Below are positions 9,445 to 20,108 of a stretch of DNA of 64,000 bases, piece by piece. Both the position numbers and the translations under genes were made by a program. The notes below the pieces were generated by a model. The model saw only the letters and a list, made by a program, of their open reading frames with translations. It was not told the origin of the DNA and did no database searches. This DNA comes from Methanobacterium ferruginis (lineage in GTDB: Archaea > Methanobacteriota > Methanobacteria > Methanobacteriales > Methanobacteriaceae). How positions within the stretch are numbered: the stretch's first letter is position 1; every line of letters starts with the position of its first letter. Location of the stretch: NCBI RefSeq assembly GCF_030296715.1, contig NZ_AP027738.1, positions 1,892,026 to 1,956,025 on the forward strand, in the 5' to 3' direction.

Positions 9445-9963
9445 TTAATACAACTGAAATACCAAGTTAGAGTTGAACAAACTTAGTATGAGGTAAGAAG
9501 TTGTATAAAGCGCCACTGTTAATGCAATCATGAATATGAAACCTTTTTTGGTTCTTAAATCTAGGGGTACAATTCTGTCAAATTTGTCAGGGAATAAAAC
9601 GATAGTTTGCATTATTAAACCTAAAATTATGGCGATAAATGAAAATTTTAGTGAGGGATTGCCTGTGGTAAAATGAGTATTTATGGTTGAAAATCCACGG
9701 CCAGTGACTTGAAAACCTAACATTGCTGATAAAATCCAGTAAAAGAATGGAAAGTAACCAATATCGAGGGGGATGCTCATTTTTGGACCGGCATAAACAG
9801 GTATGCTATCATCACTGAATGTTTTTATACGCAAAAAAATCACTAGAATAGGGAATACTGTAGAAACCGCACCACCTAAACCAAACCAAAAATTATTAAA
9901 AACAATACCCAGTGCAATACCACCAGCAAAAAGTAAAGGAGCAAAGATGATAAGCATGATCAC
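9445..9963 (-). CDS. integral membrane protein (multi-TM)
   Basis: 172 aa, hydrophobic throughout. Confidence 0.55.
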   Translation of the reverse strand: MIMLIIFAPLLFAGGIALGIVFNNFWFGLGGAVSTVFPILVIFLRIKTFSDDSIPVYAGPKMSIPLDIGYFPFFYWILSAMLGFQVTGRGFSTINTHFTTGNPSLKFSFIAIILGLIMQTIVLFPDKFDRIVPLDLRTKKGFIFMIALTVALYTTSYLILSLFNSNLVFQLY

Positions 9964-9965
9964 GA

Positions 9966-10271
9966 CTAGTTGTTCATAACCTCGGTCACCATATTTTTTT
10001 TGAATTTTTCATAGAAATGATAATATAAAATCATAGTAACCGAAAGGGTGCATAAAGTAAAAAAGAATGGCAGATAATCAATTCCCATGGAGACTCCGAA
10101 CAATAAATAAGAAAATAGAAAATAACAAGGTATAAGATAAATTGATAGAGGTATTGCACTTTTTAATTTGTTTTCATAACTTAAAGTGTTATAAGGTTTT
10201 AAAACCAGACTTAATCCTTCTTTTGAGAATATTAGTTTTATATTCTCTTTGATAGTGTCTTTTTTACTCAT
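9966..10271 (-). CDS. small membrane protein
   Basis: 101 aa with two hydrophobic helices. It lies directly downstream of the adhesin-like gene on the same strand. Confidence 0.5.
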   Translation of the reverse strand: MSKKDTIKENIKLIFSKEGLSLVLKPYNTLSYENKLKSAIPLSIYLIPCYFLFSYLLFGVSMGIDYLPFFFTLCTLSVTMILYYHFYEKFKKNMVTEVMNN

Positions 10272-10288
10272 AACGGTGCTCCTATTGA

Positions 10289-13200
10289 TTAAGGGGTTGA
10301 AATGTAGTCTGTTATGTTGTTGTATGTGTGTGAAGTAGATTGGTTGGTTTCAGATATGTATTCATCTATTCTTGTGAAAATTCCATCAGGAATGAGTTCT
10401 GTAGCTACGAAGTTTTGTACGATTTCTTGTACGCTTTTGCCGTAAGCTGTTTTTATCACACTTTCGATTACTCCATATTTAATGTATACTACTCTTGCCA
10501 CGTAAATTATTTCTGGAACTTCAACGCCACCTACAAATTTTACTCCCACTCTAACTGGTAATGTTTGGATTAAGTAACCTTCGAAACTTATTGGTATGTG
10601 TGAAGCAACAATGGCAACACCCTCTTTTATAAATTGAACTTCGTATAATTCACCTGCTACACCTCCACCACGTAATGGTAAGACATATGAGAGAACCAAA
10701 TTAGAAGTGAATTTAAACCCATTCCAAAAAGTCCACTCCTCACTAAGACCCGAATCAATATAATTAAGATAAATTCCGCCAGCACCAATAACTCCTCCCA
10801 AAAAAATTCCTTTAGGATTAGGAGGTCCATCTGCTTTGATAGTTTTGTAGAGTATTGATGATGATAGGGACATTATTAATCCACTTCCTAAACCTAATAT
10901 GCTGGTTTTGGAAATCGTTGGATTTGCTTCATTATTTGCAATAAGTGATGCTACTATCATACTTGCTATTAGGTATGCATCTTGTAGTTCTTCAAATGTG
11001 GGTGTTCTGTCAGGAGGTAACAACAATTCAATTATGCCATCCCACAGTGCTCGTGTATTCTCCTTCAAATTCCTGATGTCCTCTAAATTCCTCTGAACAT
11101 TGGGATTATTTTGAATATATTGATTATGTTCGTCCCATACTCCTTGTGGTGGTCCTGAACCCTTTCCTAACCATTGGAGCATACCATCCCATGCAATGTC
11201 AAAACTATTATTGTTTCTGAAGTATTCGGCTGTGTTGAATAATCCGTTGCTTTCGGCTTCTTCTATTGCTCCAGGCCTGAGATTATCAAGTAATTTAAGT
11301 GTTACTAGAGGCACCAATATTGGTGCTAAACCACCTAAAAAATATAGTTCACCAAGAGTAGCTGTTCCACATGCGGACTCTCCTATCACAGCGATGATAC
11401 TGCCTAAAGGAATTGTTGAATTACTAATGGAATTCATCCATTCCGGTTGAATAGTTGGATCGCTGCTGGTTAAGTTTTCAGCTAACGAAATTTGGTTGTC
11501 TGTTATTTGGTCATGGAAGCAGTAAACTCCGTTGATTCCTAATGCGCAGTCAGTAACTATTCCAGTAACCGGATCCAGCAATAAGAAAAGATCATCTTTG
11601 CCTTGAATTTTATAAACCAAATAACCGTTACTGTAGAATAATTCAGGTATTTCTCCGTTGAGGATGCGTTCTCCTAGTCCCAGGGTCACGGAGAGGCTAG
11701 TGGGGTCACTAGCCACACAATATTCTATGGGTGAGAATGCGGATGAACAGGCAAATCTGAATGCCCAAACATTGCTTATTGTGCCGTTTACGTCCATACC
11801 CATCCGGAGATTAGATTCACCAGTAATATAAGCATCTTTAGCATCATCAAGACATGAAACTACCACAGGAGTGGTGCGGCTCCATGTTACATTAAACTCC
11901 TCTGCTGCCTGGTCTGCCACCATGTCATGACATTTGATTACTAGGAGGGATGTGAGGAATGTTCCATAGGCTGCTTTCATAGCCCCTGGAGCGTATAAGG
12001 ATTGTTTGGCTAGCCAGTACTGCACCACATTATTGGTTACTTTGGTGGTGGCAATGGTAAAACTTCTTACACCTTCATATCCTGCATTTCCATCTTCAGT
12101 GTAACCATTGAAGTATATCATGGGGCTTTCACGAAGGATTACATCTCCTGGTTTAATAAAACTCAAAGTTTCGTTGGTATTGGGATTTTTGAGTGTTACA
12201 TATTCAGTAACATCTCCAGGATAAGTCATGAGAACATACATTGAATCTATGAACATATTTCGGTTATTTTTAATGAAATTAATTTCATTGTCTGTGAAAT
12301 TATTTTGTAGTTTAATCAGTGTTAAAAAAACATCTTCCAACTGTTCTATAGTGTAATTTTGGTACTGTGGGTTGAGAGTAATGAAATTCTGTAAGTAAAT
12401 GTTAGATTCTAGTGGATTTAAAAAAATTCCATTTATATAGAGTATTTGATTGAAAACTTGTGCAGAATAAGAATTTTGATAAGTGATATAAGCAGAATTA
12501 ACTACATTCCAACTTAAAACCACATTACCATTAACAATCAAGTCCACCTCATTATGGAATAAGCCGGTATTTTTCCATAATACACTGACCCAGCTTGTGG
12601 ATTCATTTAAAGGTAATGTATATGTTACATCGAGTGGTTGAGTTGTGGATAAGTCAATGGCGGTGCTTATGATCCTTACATTGGCTTGTGCAGCCCAGTC
12701 CACGCTGGTGAGAACGCCCTCATTATCCACTATTGCTATAACACCAGTAACATTGTAAAAATTGGGGTTTAACACCAATGTGGATGATGCTTTGCCATTT
12801 AATGTATATTGCAAGAAAGGTATTGTGCCATTTTGTGCTACGAAATATACTGGTATATTATCAGGTATGCAACCTTGAAGTGAGATATCTTCACCATTAC
12901 TATTATGTGTTAAGTCCGCAGTTATGGTAGATTCATAGATTTTTCCATTTGAAACTTTATATGAAGTAGGACTGATATTTAAAACAAGATAAGGAGTGAA
13001 ATTTTCTCCAATCCACCAAGTTGGTATTGTAGGTTGTTCAGAAGTAGTTTCCACATAAAAAACATCGGCGTTCATAGATAGGTCAGTACCTATTACTGGA
13101 TTGTTTGAACCCCACCAGTTATTAATAACATTAACAGAACCACCTTTCATAAAAAGGCCAGTTTTATTGTTTCCTGTAATCCGATTAAAATGTATATGGG

Positions 13201-16200
13201 CATTGGTGGCGTAAGTGTAAATCCCGATATAATTGTTAATTATAGTATTCTCCAGAACATGAGTATCTTCTGATCCTGAAGATGAACTGTAATAATCACT
13301 TTCGATGAAGATTCCATTTGTATTATTCATTATCAAGTTTTCAGTGATATAATTGTAGAAAGATATTGAATGTGTTCCAAAGCAGTATTCTTCATAATCT
13401 AAAATAGCATATTCATACAGTTCCGGGATATTATCATATGTAGAACTAAAAAACTCGTCAAAACTATCACACCAAGCAGGTACTAAAATACCTCTCTCAT
13501 TATTCATTATGATATTAGATTTGACTTGATTATATGATGAGTCCAAAACATAAACTCCATAACAGTTATTTTCAAGGGTGTTGTTTTCTATCGTGCAATT
13601 GTTAGTGGATTTGAGAAGTATGCCAGAAGGGGAAAGAATTTCTGAATATTGATTGGCTTGGTTAGCTCCAATAATAGTAAATCCATAAATGACTGAACCA
13701 TTTCCCCCTGTATTAATGGTGAAAACAGAAAGTGATGGATTAGCTGCCTGTACAGTTACATTACCCTCTGAAATAATAAATAAACTTTTATTAAGTTCAA
13801 TATTTTCCAGATATGTTCCATTTTCTACTAGTATGATGTCACCATCCCTTGTCAATGGATCATTTGCAGCTGCATGTATTGTGTTGAAAGATTTACGGAA
13901 ATCTTTAGAAATTGTTTCATCATCTGCACTTGCAAAAACAGTTGTTGCCTCAGATGAAGAGCTGGAAGTTAAATTCACAGTTGCTCTACCTTTTCTAGTA
14001 GTTGTAGTGGTCGTGATATTTCCCAGCGTGGTGGTGAAATTCACAGGTAAACCATCAGGTATTGCACCAGAACCAGAGGTATCTTCTCCCTGATTGTTAT
14101 GGGTTAGATCGGCAGTTATTTCCGAATTAGAGTTACTGTTTTGGGTTACATGAATAGTTGAGCCTGTTAAATTGAGCATCAGCCAAAGTTCGTGATCAAC
14201 AAATCCATCAGCAATGTGAATATCACTGGAATTATTTGAGGAAACTGTAAGGTTGTTGGTTCCCCACCAGTTGTTGTTTGCGTTTATAGTAGAGTTACCA
14301 TTAGTTTCAAGTCCATATATGTTGTTTTCAATTATTCTATTGAAATTGACAGAAGCTGAGGATGAATAAAAGGTTATTCCACTATAACGGTTATTGGAGA
14401 TGTCATTTTCATAGATGCTATTGTTGTAAGAATCAGAAAATTTCATTCCATTATAACTGTTATGGGAAATGTAATTTCCTAAAAATATATTATTATTACT
14501 TCCACAATTCATGCCCCCAAAATTTATTCCATCTGCACGATTGTATGAAATATTATTGTATAAAATCGTGTTATTTATTGAATTATGTGCTTGTATACCA
14601 TATGTATTCTGTAGAATAACATTATCTGCAATTATATTTTTAGAGGATAGTGAAAGATAAATTGCACAAAATTGGATTTGTTTTAAAATATTTGTTAAAA
14701 GTTGATTATCATTGGAGTTAACAATATTTACTCCTATCACTGCATTTAATAATTGATTCTCTTCTATTTTGCTATTTGACGATTCGCTAATATCAATTGC
14801 AGTGTATGAAGAACTATTTATCGTGTTGTTATGGATTAATGTATTATTTGAAGCATATATGGAGATCCCATAATAATTTCCTTGTATAATATTTCCAATA
14901 ATACTACAATTATTTGCAGACTGAAGATGTATACCCTTTGTATTTTCTGAAGTTTCAGTTTCTATTAAAGTGAAACCCTGTATAGAAGAACCATTTCCAC
15001 TTGAAGTTATGGTAAAAATGGGTTGAGATGAATCCAAAGCAAACAGAGTCACATTACCCTCAGAAACTGCTTTTATGGTGAGACTTTTATTAACAATAAT
15101 ATTCTCTGTGAAAGTTCCTAAGGAAACTTCGATGGTATGACCGCTCAAAGTCAATGGATCATTAATAGCTGCTTGAATACTAAAATAACTTCTTCCTGTA
15201 TTAATATTTTTTATTAATTCAATAATATATTGTTCAGTGTTAACAGGCCCTTGGTTACCTGCATTATCTACTGCTATGAATTTTAAGGTGGTGGTATTAA
15301 CTATGGTGATGGGATTGTTGTATATTGTGCTGGATGTTGTTGGGTTAGTACCATCTATAGTGTAATAGATAGTTGGATTTGGGTCAAGATTGTCTGTTGC
15401 AGTTAAAGTCACAGATTTTGTTGTATTGTAAGTTCCACTTGCAGGATTTGCAACCACGGTTGGTGCTAGGGTATCACTTGATGTTATGGTGATATTTGTT
15501 TGTTCAGTCTGTTCATCTAGTGTAGTAGTGATGGTTGCTGTTCCTGAAGTGGCTGAGCCGCGGTTGAATGTTGTATTTGCTTTTCCATTGTTGGTGTATG
15601 CTGTAGTGGTTATTGTACCTAAATTAGTGGTGAAATTCACTGGAATACCATCTGGTAGATGACCTTGTGAAGAAGTATCGACTCCATTGCTGTTGTGTGT
15701 GAGATCTGCAGTTACAATAGAATTATTATAAGTGGTCGTAGGGGTAGCGATTACATTTAAGACCAACCAAGGGTCTACACACCAAAGAGCTTCATGATCA
15801 TACCATTGTTCAAACACAAAACCATGGCAAAAAATGTCCATAGGGGTGGTTGGTACAGAATAGTCAGAATAATCCATTAATATCTGATTAGAACCCCACC
15901 AGTTATTTTCTGCATCAAAAGATATTCCTTCAATCACTTCTAACCATAAGTCAGCAATATTATTATCGTTTAGCTGGTTGAAGTGCATGTTAAATTGGCT
16001 GGAATTGGAGTAAACACCATAAACGTTTTCAGATATGATATTGCTTATTATGCTGGTGTCGCTTGTGTTCATTCCCCCAATGGCCCAGATTCCACTCCAA
16101 TCACCTAATAAATAAATACCATAGTGATTATTTTTTATTTTATTTTGGGATATTGTGTTGTATAATGAAAATGAAGAATATAATTCTGTACACTCTGCAG

Positions 16201-18247
16201 GGATGAAAATTCCCTGTGTGTTATCTGTTATGCTATTTGACGTAATGTTATTGTTTGATGAATTAAAAAGACTGAGGCCTTCCTGATTATTTGTCACATG
16301 ATTTGAAATAATCTGGTTTCCTGAGGAGTTAGATAAATAGATTCCTTTACTATTACTAATAATATAGTTACCTTGTATTTTACAGTTGCATGCTGAGTCT
16401 AGATATATTCCTGCAGAATTGGTGGCAGCAGTAATCCAGAGATAACGGATCCATGATCCACTACCAAGAGAGGTCACGGTTAAAACAGGTTTCGATGGGT
16501 CAGCAGCCCTTAATGTCACACCCTCACAATCTGGTGTCAGGGTAAGTTTTTTGTTAAGAATGATATTTTCAGTAGGAAGAGTCGCTGCAAGGTAGAGTAA
16601 GTGCCCGTTAATAGTTAATGGATCATCAATTGCTTCTTGGATGGTGGCATAAACTTTTGTTGTGTTGGCATTTTCAACTGGAAGGTTTAATCTGTAAGTT
16701 TCGGTTTGTATTGGTGATTGATTTCCAGTGAAATCTATGGCCATAAATTTTAAAGTAGTAATTCTGTTTTCAAGGAGTATGGGACCCACATACAATGTAC
16801 TTGTGGTTGTAGGGTTACTGCCATTAATTGTGTAATAAATGTGAGGATCAGGGTCGGTGTTATCAGTTACAGTTAAGGTTATATTCTGATAAGTGTTGTA
16901 GGTTCCTCCTGGTAGATTGGCTGTTACGGTTGGTGCTAGGGTATCACTTGATGTTATGGTGATATTTGTTTGTTCAGTCTGTTCATCTAGTGTAGTAGTG
17001 ATGGTTGCTGTTCCTGAAGTGGCTGAGCCGCGGTTGAATGTTGTATTTGCTTTTCCATTGTTGGTGTATGCTGTAGTGGTTATTGTACCTAAATTAGTGG
17101 TGAAATTCACTGGAATACCATCTGGTAGATGACCTTGTGAAGAAGTATCGACTCCATTGCTGTTGTGTGTGAGATCTGCTGTTATGGTAGCGTTATTTGT
17201 CACATTTGTAGGGACTGCAGTTACATTTAGAACCAACCAGGGATCGTATAGGACTGTTCCACCCATTATCATAATATTTGCAGTTTCATTAGAGGACACT
17301 GTTGGGTTGTTAGTTCCCCACCAGTTGTTTGTTGCATTTACATTTCCATTCTCACTGCTAAGCTCATAATCACTGTTTGAAGAAATTCTGTTAAAATGGA
17401 TATCCGCTGAAGAGTTATAAAGATAAATCGTTGCCCAGGTACCAATGATATTATTTTTATAGATATATGTATTGTCTGAATTAGAGATACGAATATCACT
17501 GAGGGTGTTTTCACATATGATACTATTAGCTGAATAATTTGAGATATAAATGCCACCTAAATTATTCTCAAAAAAGATATTATCCATGGAATAATTGAAT
17601 AGTCTGATGGCATCATCGACATTATTATTATCGATGACATTGTCCGTAGAGTTGTATAGGTTAAATCCACCTCCTTCGATATTCACGGAATTATTATTTC
17701 CAGAAATAATGTTGTTCATTGAATTTTCAAGAATAATCCCCATACCATTGTCTATCACAATATTTTCCAATATCTCATTGTTGTTTGAATTTAGAAGTCT
17801 CATTCCAGAACAGCCATTTCCTCTAGCTGAATTTCCAGAAATAGTACAATCATTAGCAGAATTAACATAAACACCAGTAATACCCCCAGTTATAGTAAAA
17901 CCACTAATTATGGATCCACTACCTCCAGAGTTTATAGTTAATGTAGGGTTTGAATAATTGGAAGCTTTAATTGTAACATTAGAACCAGTATCTGTTTTTA
18001 AATTAATATTTTTGTTAATAACAATATTCTCAGTATAAGTATAAGCAGAACCATTATTATCATTCACTATTATGGAATCACCAGAAGATGCACTGTCCAC
18101 CACTGACTGAATACTATCACCCACACTCACATTCCACTCAGCCGCTGAAACTGCTCCACAAAAAAATAACAAAACCACTAAAAACAAGATACCAAAAGAA
18201 AATTTAGACACATTACTCATATTTTTCCCCCCACACATACTTTTCAC
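10289..18247 (-). CDS. giant secreted adhesin-like protein (about 2650 aa) with repeated parallel beta-helix modules, NWWG(T/S)NN motifs and Big/chitobiase-C-like modules
   Basis: N-terminal signal peptide. The likely start is the second ATG, at 18220, after a GGGGGG run. There are four modules of NS/NN-rich beta-helix repeats, each followed by ADLTHNSNG(V/E)D...PDG(I/L)PVNFTT and TLKF(M/I)A(I/V)D..GNQ segments. The architecture is typical of methanogen adhesin-like proteins. Confidence 0.75.
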   Translation of the reverse strand: MKSMCGGKNMSNVSKFSFGILFLVVLLFFCGAVSAAEWNVSVGDSIQSVVDSASSGDSIIVNDNNGSAYTYTENIVINKNINLKTDTGSNVTIKASNYSNPTLTINSGGSGSIISGFTITGGITGVYVNSANDCTISGNSARGNGCSGMRLLNSNNNEILENIVIDNGMGIILENSMNNIISGNNNSVNIEGGGFNLYNSTDNVIDNNNVDDAIRLFNYSMDNIFFENNLGGIYISNYSANSIICENTLSDIRISNSDNTYIYKNNIIGTWATIYLYNSSADIHFNRISSNSDYELSSENGNVNATNNWWGTNNPTVSSNETANIMIMGGTVLYDPWLVLNVTAVPTNVTNNATITADLTHNSNGVDTSSQGHLPDGIPVNFTTNLGTITTTAYTNNGKANTTFNRGSATSGTATITTTLDEQTEQTNITITSSDTLAPTVTANLPGGTYNTYQNITLTVTDNTDPDPHIYYTINGSNPTTTSTLYVGPILLENRITTLKFMAIDFTGNQSPIQTETYRLNLPVENANTTKVYATIQEAIDDPLTINGHLLYLAATLPTENIILNKKLTLTPDCEGVTLRAADPSKPVLTVTSLGSGSWIRYLWITAATNSAGIYLDSACNCKIQGNYIISNSKGIYLSNSSGNQIISNHVTNNQEGLSLFNSSNNNITSNSITDNTQGIFIPAECTELYSSFSLYNTISQNKIKNNHYGIYLLGDWSGIWAIGGMNTSDTSIISNIISENVYGVYSNSSQFNMHFNQLNDNNIADLWLEVIEGISFDAENNWWGSNQILMDYSDYSVPTTPMDIFCHGFVFEQWYDHEALWCVDPWLVLNVIATPTTTYNNSIVTADLTHNSNGVDTSSQGHLPDGIPVNFTTNLGTITTTAYTNNGKANTTFNRGSATSGTATITTTLDEQTEQTNITITSSDTLAPTVVANPASGTYNTTKSVTLTATDNLDPNPTIYYTIDGTNPTTSSTIYNNPITIVNTTTLKFIAVDNAGNQGPVNTEQYIIELIKNINTGRSYFSIQAAINDPLTLSGHTIEVSLGTFTENIIVNKSLTIKAVSEGNVTLFALDSSQPIFTITSSGNGSSIQGFTLIETETSENTKGIHLQSANNCSIIGNIIQGNYYGISIYASNNTLIHNNTINSSSYTAIDISESSNSKIEENQLLNAVIGVNIVNSNDNQLLTNILKQIQFCAIYLSLSSKNIIADNVILQNTYGIQAHNSINNTILYNNISYNRADGINFGGMNCGSNNNIFLGNYISHNSYNGMKFSDSYNNSIYENDISNNRYSGITFYSSSASVNFNRIIENNIYGLETNGNSTINANNNWWGTNNLTVSSNNSSDIHIADGFVDHELWLMLNLTGSTIHVTQNSNSNSEITADLTHNNQGEDTSGSGAIPDGLPVNFTTTLGNITTTTTTRKGRATVNLTSSSSSEATTVFASADDETISKDFRKSFNTIHAAANDPLTRDGDIILVENGTYLENIELNKSLFIISEGNVTVQAANPSLSVFTINTGGNGSVIYGFTIIGANQANQYSEILSPSGILLKSTNNCTIENNTLENNCYGVYVLDSSYNQVKSNIIMNNERGILVPAWCDSFDEFFSSTYDNIPELYEYAILDYEEYCFGTHSISFYNYITENLIMNNTNGIFIESDYYSSSSGSEDTHVLENTIINNYIGIYTYATNAHIHFNRITGNNKTGLFMKGGSVNVINNWWGSNNPVIGTDLSMNADVFYVETTSEQPTIPTWWIGENFTPYLVLNISPTSYKVSNGKIYESTITADLTHNSNGEDISLQGCIPDNIPVYFVAQNGTIPFLQYTLNGKASSTLVLNPNFYNVTGVIAIVDNEGVLTSVDWAAQANVRIISTAIDLSTTQPLDVTYTLPLNESTSWVSVLWKNTGLFHNEVDLIVNGNVVLSWNVVNSAYITYQNSYSAQVFNQILYINGIFLNPLESNIYLQNFITLNPQYQNYTIEQLEDVFLTLIKLQNNFTDNEINFIKNNRNMFIDSMYVLMTYPGDVTEYVTLKNPNTNETLSFIKPGDVILRESPMIYFNGYTEDGNAGYEGVRSFTIATTKVTNNVVQYWLAKQSLYAPGAMKAAYGTFLTSLLVIKCHDMVADQAAEEFNVTWSRTTPVVVSCLDDAKDAYITGESNLRMGMDVNGTISNVWAFRFACSSAFSPIEYCVASDPTSLSVTLGLGERILNGEIPELFYSNGYLVYKIQGKDDLFLLLDPVTGIVTDCALGINGVYCFHDQITDNQISLAENLTSSDPTIQPEWMNSISNSTIPLGSIIAVIGESACGTATLGELYFLGGLAPILVPLVTLKLLDNLRPGAIEEAESNGLFNTAEYFRNNNSFDIAWDGMLQWLGKGSGPPQGVWDEHNQYIQNNPNVQRNLEDIRNLKENTRALWDGIIELLLPPDRTPTFEELQDAYLIASMIVASLIANNEANPTISKTSILGLGSGLIMSLSSSILYKTIKADGPPNPKGIFLGGVIGAGGIYLNYIDSGLSEEWTFWNGFKFTSNLVLSYVLPLRGGGVAGELYEVQFIKEGVAIVASHIPISFEGYLIQTLPVRVGVKFVGGVEVPEIIYVARVVYIKYGVIESVIKTAYGKSVQEIVQNFVATELIPDGIFTRIDEYISETNQSTSHTYNNITDYISTP
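15456..15709. repeat. 254-bp segment repeated exactly 1470 bp downstream (16926-17179), inside the adhesin gene
   Basis: Compared base by base; the two copies are identical. Confidence 0.85.
16926..17179. repeat. second copy of the exact 254-bp intragenic repeat
   Basis: Identical to 15456-15709. Confidence 0.85.
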
Positions 18248-18685
18248 ATTTTCAATTAAATTGTAAACTTTTTCAACTAATTTTTGAATAAAATATCTAA
18301 GGTTAATTTAAGAAATACAATATTAATACTTATCTATAATAAATTATTTAATGCATACTTAAATAGTATGAAAAACTTATATAAAAGTCTTAAAAAACTT
18401 TAAAAAAAAATATGTAAATACACCGATGAATCAACGAAAAACTTGTGATTCAGAAGTTATATCTATAAATAAAGGGTATTTTATTGTTTTTAGTTAGTTA
18501 ACTTGTTATAGTAAACTTTTTTTTATTCAATATATACATAAATTTGTTATTAGACAACAACAAGGAATTTAATAATTTAATTTCACATATAATATTTATA
18601 TAAATCTTTAAATTTAATTTTAACCAAAAATATTATATATTAGATGATTCAAATATAATAAAAGGACTAAAACGTTTAATGGAGG

Positions 18686-19165
18686 ATGTACTGGATGATG
18701 GCTGCAAAACAAGTTGAAATGGCATATGTTAAAAAAGAAAAGAAAGACTGGGAGCGATTTATTAAAAAATATGAAACTAAACGGAAAGGAGAGGTAAATC
18801 AACAGGGCCAAAACCATCCCATGGTAACCTACAGGGAGAAAGAAAGAATACGTTATGCGCAGAACATGATGGAAGTCAAAGCTTTACACCTCCCGGGAGA
18901 GTTAAAAGAACAGGTCATATACCTAATTAAAAACGGACCATCAGTTAAACAGTTATGTGCTCATTGTAAGTGGCAGACTGTTATTTTAGCTTTGATTTTT
19001 TATATTAAATTCAATGACAATGGAGGTGTGGGGAATATTGAACGGTACAGGGTAGCCCAGGATGCAGGGTTGACGGAAACTGTTTATCTCAGAATCACTA
19101 CAAAGTTAGGGAAATATTTCCAGAAACACATGGCATTGTCAAAAAGAATTAAACCAAAAAATTAA
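18686..19165 (+). CDS. hypothetical protein with a segment resembling a single TFB/cyclin-like repeat
   Basis: LHLPGELKEQVIYLIKNGPSVKQLCAHCKWQTVILALIFYIKFNDNGGVGNIERYRVAQDAGLTETVYLRITTKLGKYF follows the pattern of a TFIIB cyclin repeat (L.LP..V.e.A...Y.kA...gl..gR....vaAA.lY.A.R..g.prT..eIa...gv....I.r.Y). This is a weak match made by eye. Confidence 0.4.
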   Translation: MYWMMAAKQVEMAYVKKEKKDWERFIKKYETKRKGEVNQQGQNHPMVTYREKERIRYAQNMMEVKALHLPGELKEQVIYLIKNGPSVKQLCAHCKWQTVILALIFYIKFNDNGGVGNIERYRVAQDAGLTETVYLRITTKLGKYFQKHMALSKRIKPKN

Positions 19166-19233
19166 GACATTGAACCCCAAAAATTCAATTCTTAATTTCC
19201 ACTCTTTTTTTAATTTTAAACCATTCTCCTTTA

Positions 19234-19734
19234 GTGTCTCATGTTTGTGATGTTCTTATATTAAGAAGCAAAAAATACTGGAGGGGTTGGTGCGGTCTGG
19301 CAAAGTTTGATCAGGATCTTGAATGGTTGAAACTAGTACGTGATGGTATTTGTCCTGAATGTTTAAACCAACATAATCCAAGAAATCGTAGATTAATTAA
19401 AAAAGGCATCAAAAGAGAATGTAGTCAGGGCCACCTTGAAATATATGGAAACCCGGAATATCTTGCTTATGTTCGTGTACAAAAGAAAACACCAAAGGAA
19501 AAAGTTGATGGCTGCCCTGGATGCGGTGGTAGGGCAGTTACTTATGATAAAAAACATGATGAAATCCTCTGTGATGATTGTGGCCTGGTACTTTCAGGTC
19601 CTCCCCATGAGATCCGTCCCGGGAAGTGGGTGAATTATCCTAGGGGTAACCGGTTTGATTATAGTGAAGTTAACGCTACGTACACTCCTTACGAAGATGA
19701 CCAATGTGATTATGGGACATATATTCCAGAATGA
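19234..19734 (+). CDS. TFB-type N-terminal zinc-ribbon protein lacking cyclin core domains (Tfb3-like candidate)
   Basis: CPGCGGRAVTYDKKHDEILCDDCGLVL matches the TFIIB Zn-ribbon consensus CPECG..l..D...GE.VC..CGLVl. A second CxxC...C..H cluster lies upstream. The protein has only 166 aa. Confidence 0.55.
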   Translation: MSHVCDVLILRSKKYWRGWCGLAKFDQDLEWLKLVRDGICPECLNQHNPRNRRLIKKGIKRECSQGHLEIYGNPEYLAYVRVQKKTPKEKVDGCPGCGGRAVTYDKKHDEILCDDCGLVLSGPPHEIRPGKWVNYPRGNRFDYSEVNATYTPYEDDQCDYGTYIPE

Positions 19735-19793
19735 TAATTCATGTTCATCTAGTCATTTTAGATGGAATCCTTACATCCAAATGTGTACCTCAA

Positions 19794-19828
19794 GTGGCCA
19801 TGTGTTTTATTCTTGCTTCCATGGCCAC
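19794..19828 (+). terminator. hairpin (GTGGCCATG ... CATGGCCAC) followed by a T-rich tract, downstream of the zinc-ribbon gene
   Basis: Perfect 9-bp inverted repeat with a 17-nt loop, then taaactatttattttctccc. Confidence 0.3.
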
Positions 19829-20108
19829 TAAACTATTTATTTTCTCCCTTCAGATTCACTGGTGATGGATTAGAAGCCATATTAAAAAAAACACCTTAAA
19901 AAACCTATAATAGAAGACCCTTTTGGACCTATTTTAATTCATCACCAGTTCATTTTATTCTATTTTTTTTTGTATGTTTGTTTATTAGTTACAGTTCCAA
20001 GGTTCAGGTCCTGATGCAGCTGTGGCCACGGTAACTGAACAAAATCTTATTATTTTATTGTTATTCTCATTGTCTAATGAACAAAAAACTAAAAAAGGAG
20101 ATGAAAAC

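Noticed and set aside
10340-17870. Multiple 60-130-aa ORFs on the plus strand inside the adhesin gene
   Set aside because: All are antisense to a continuous 2650-aa ORF with clear domain repeats. Their composition mirrors the repeat structure.
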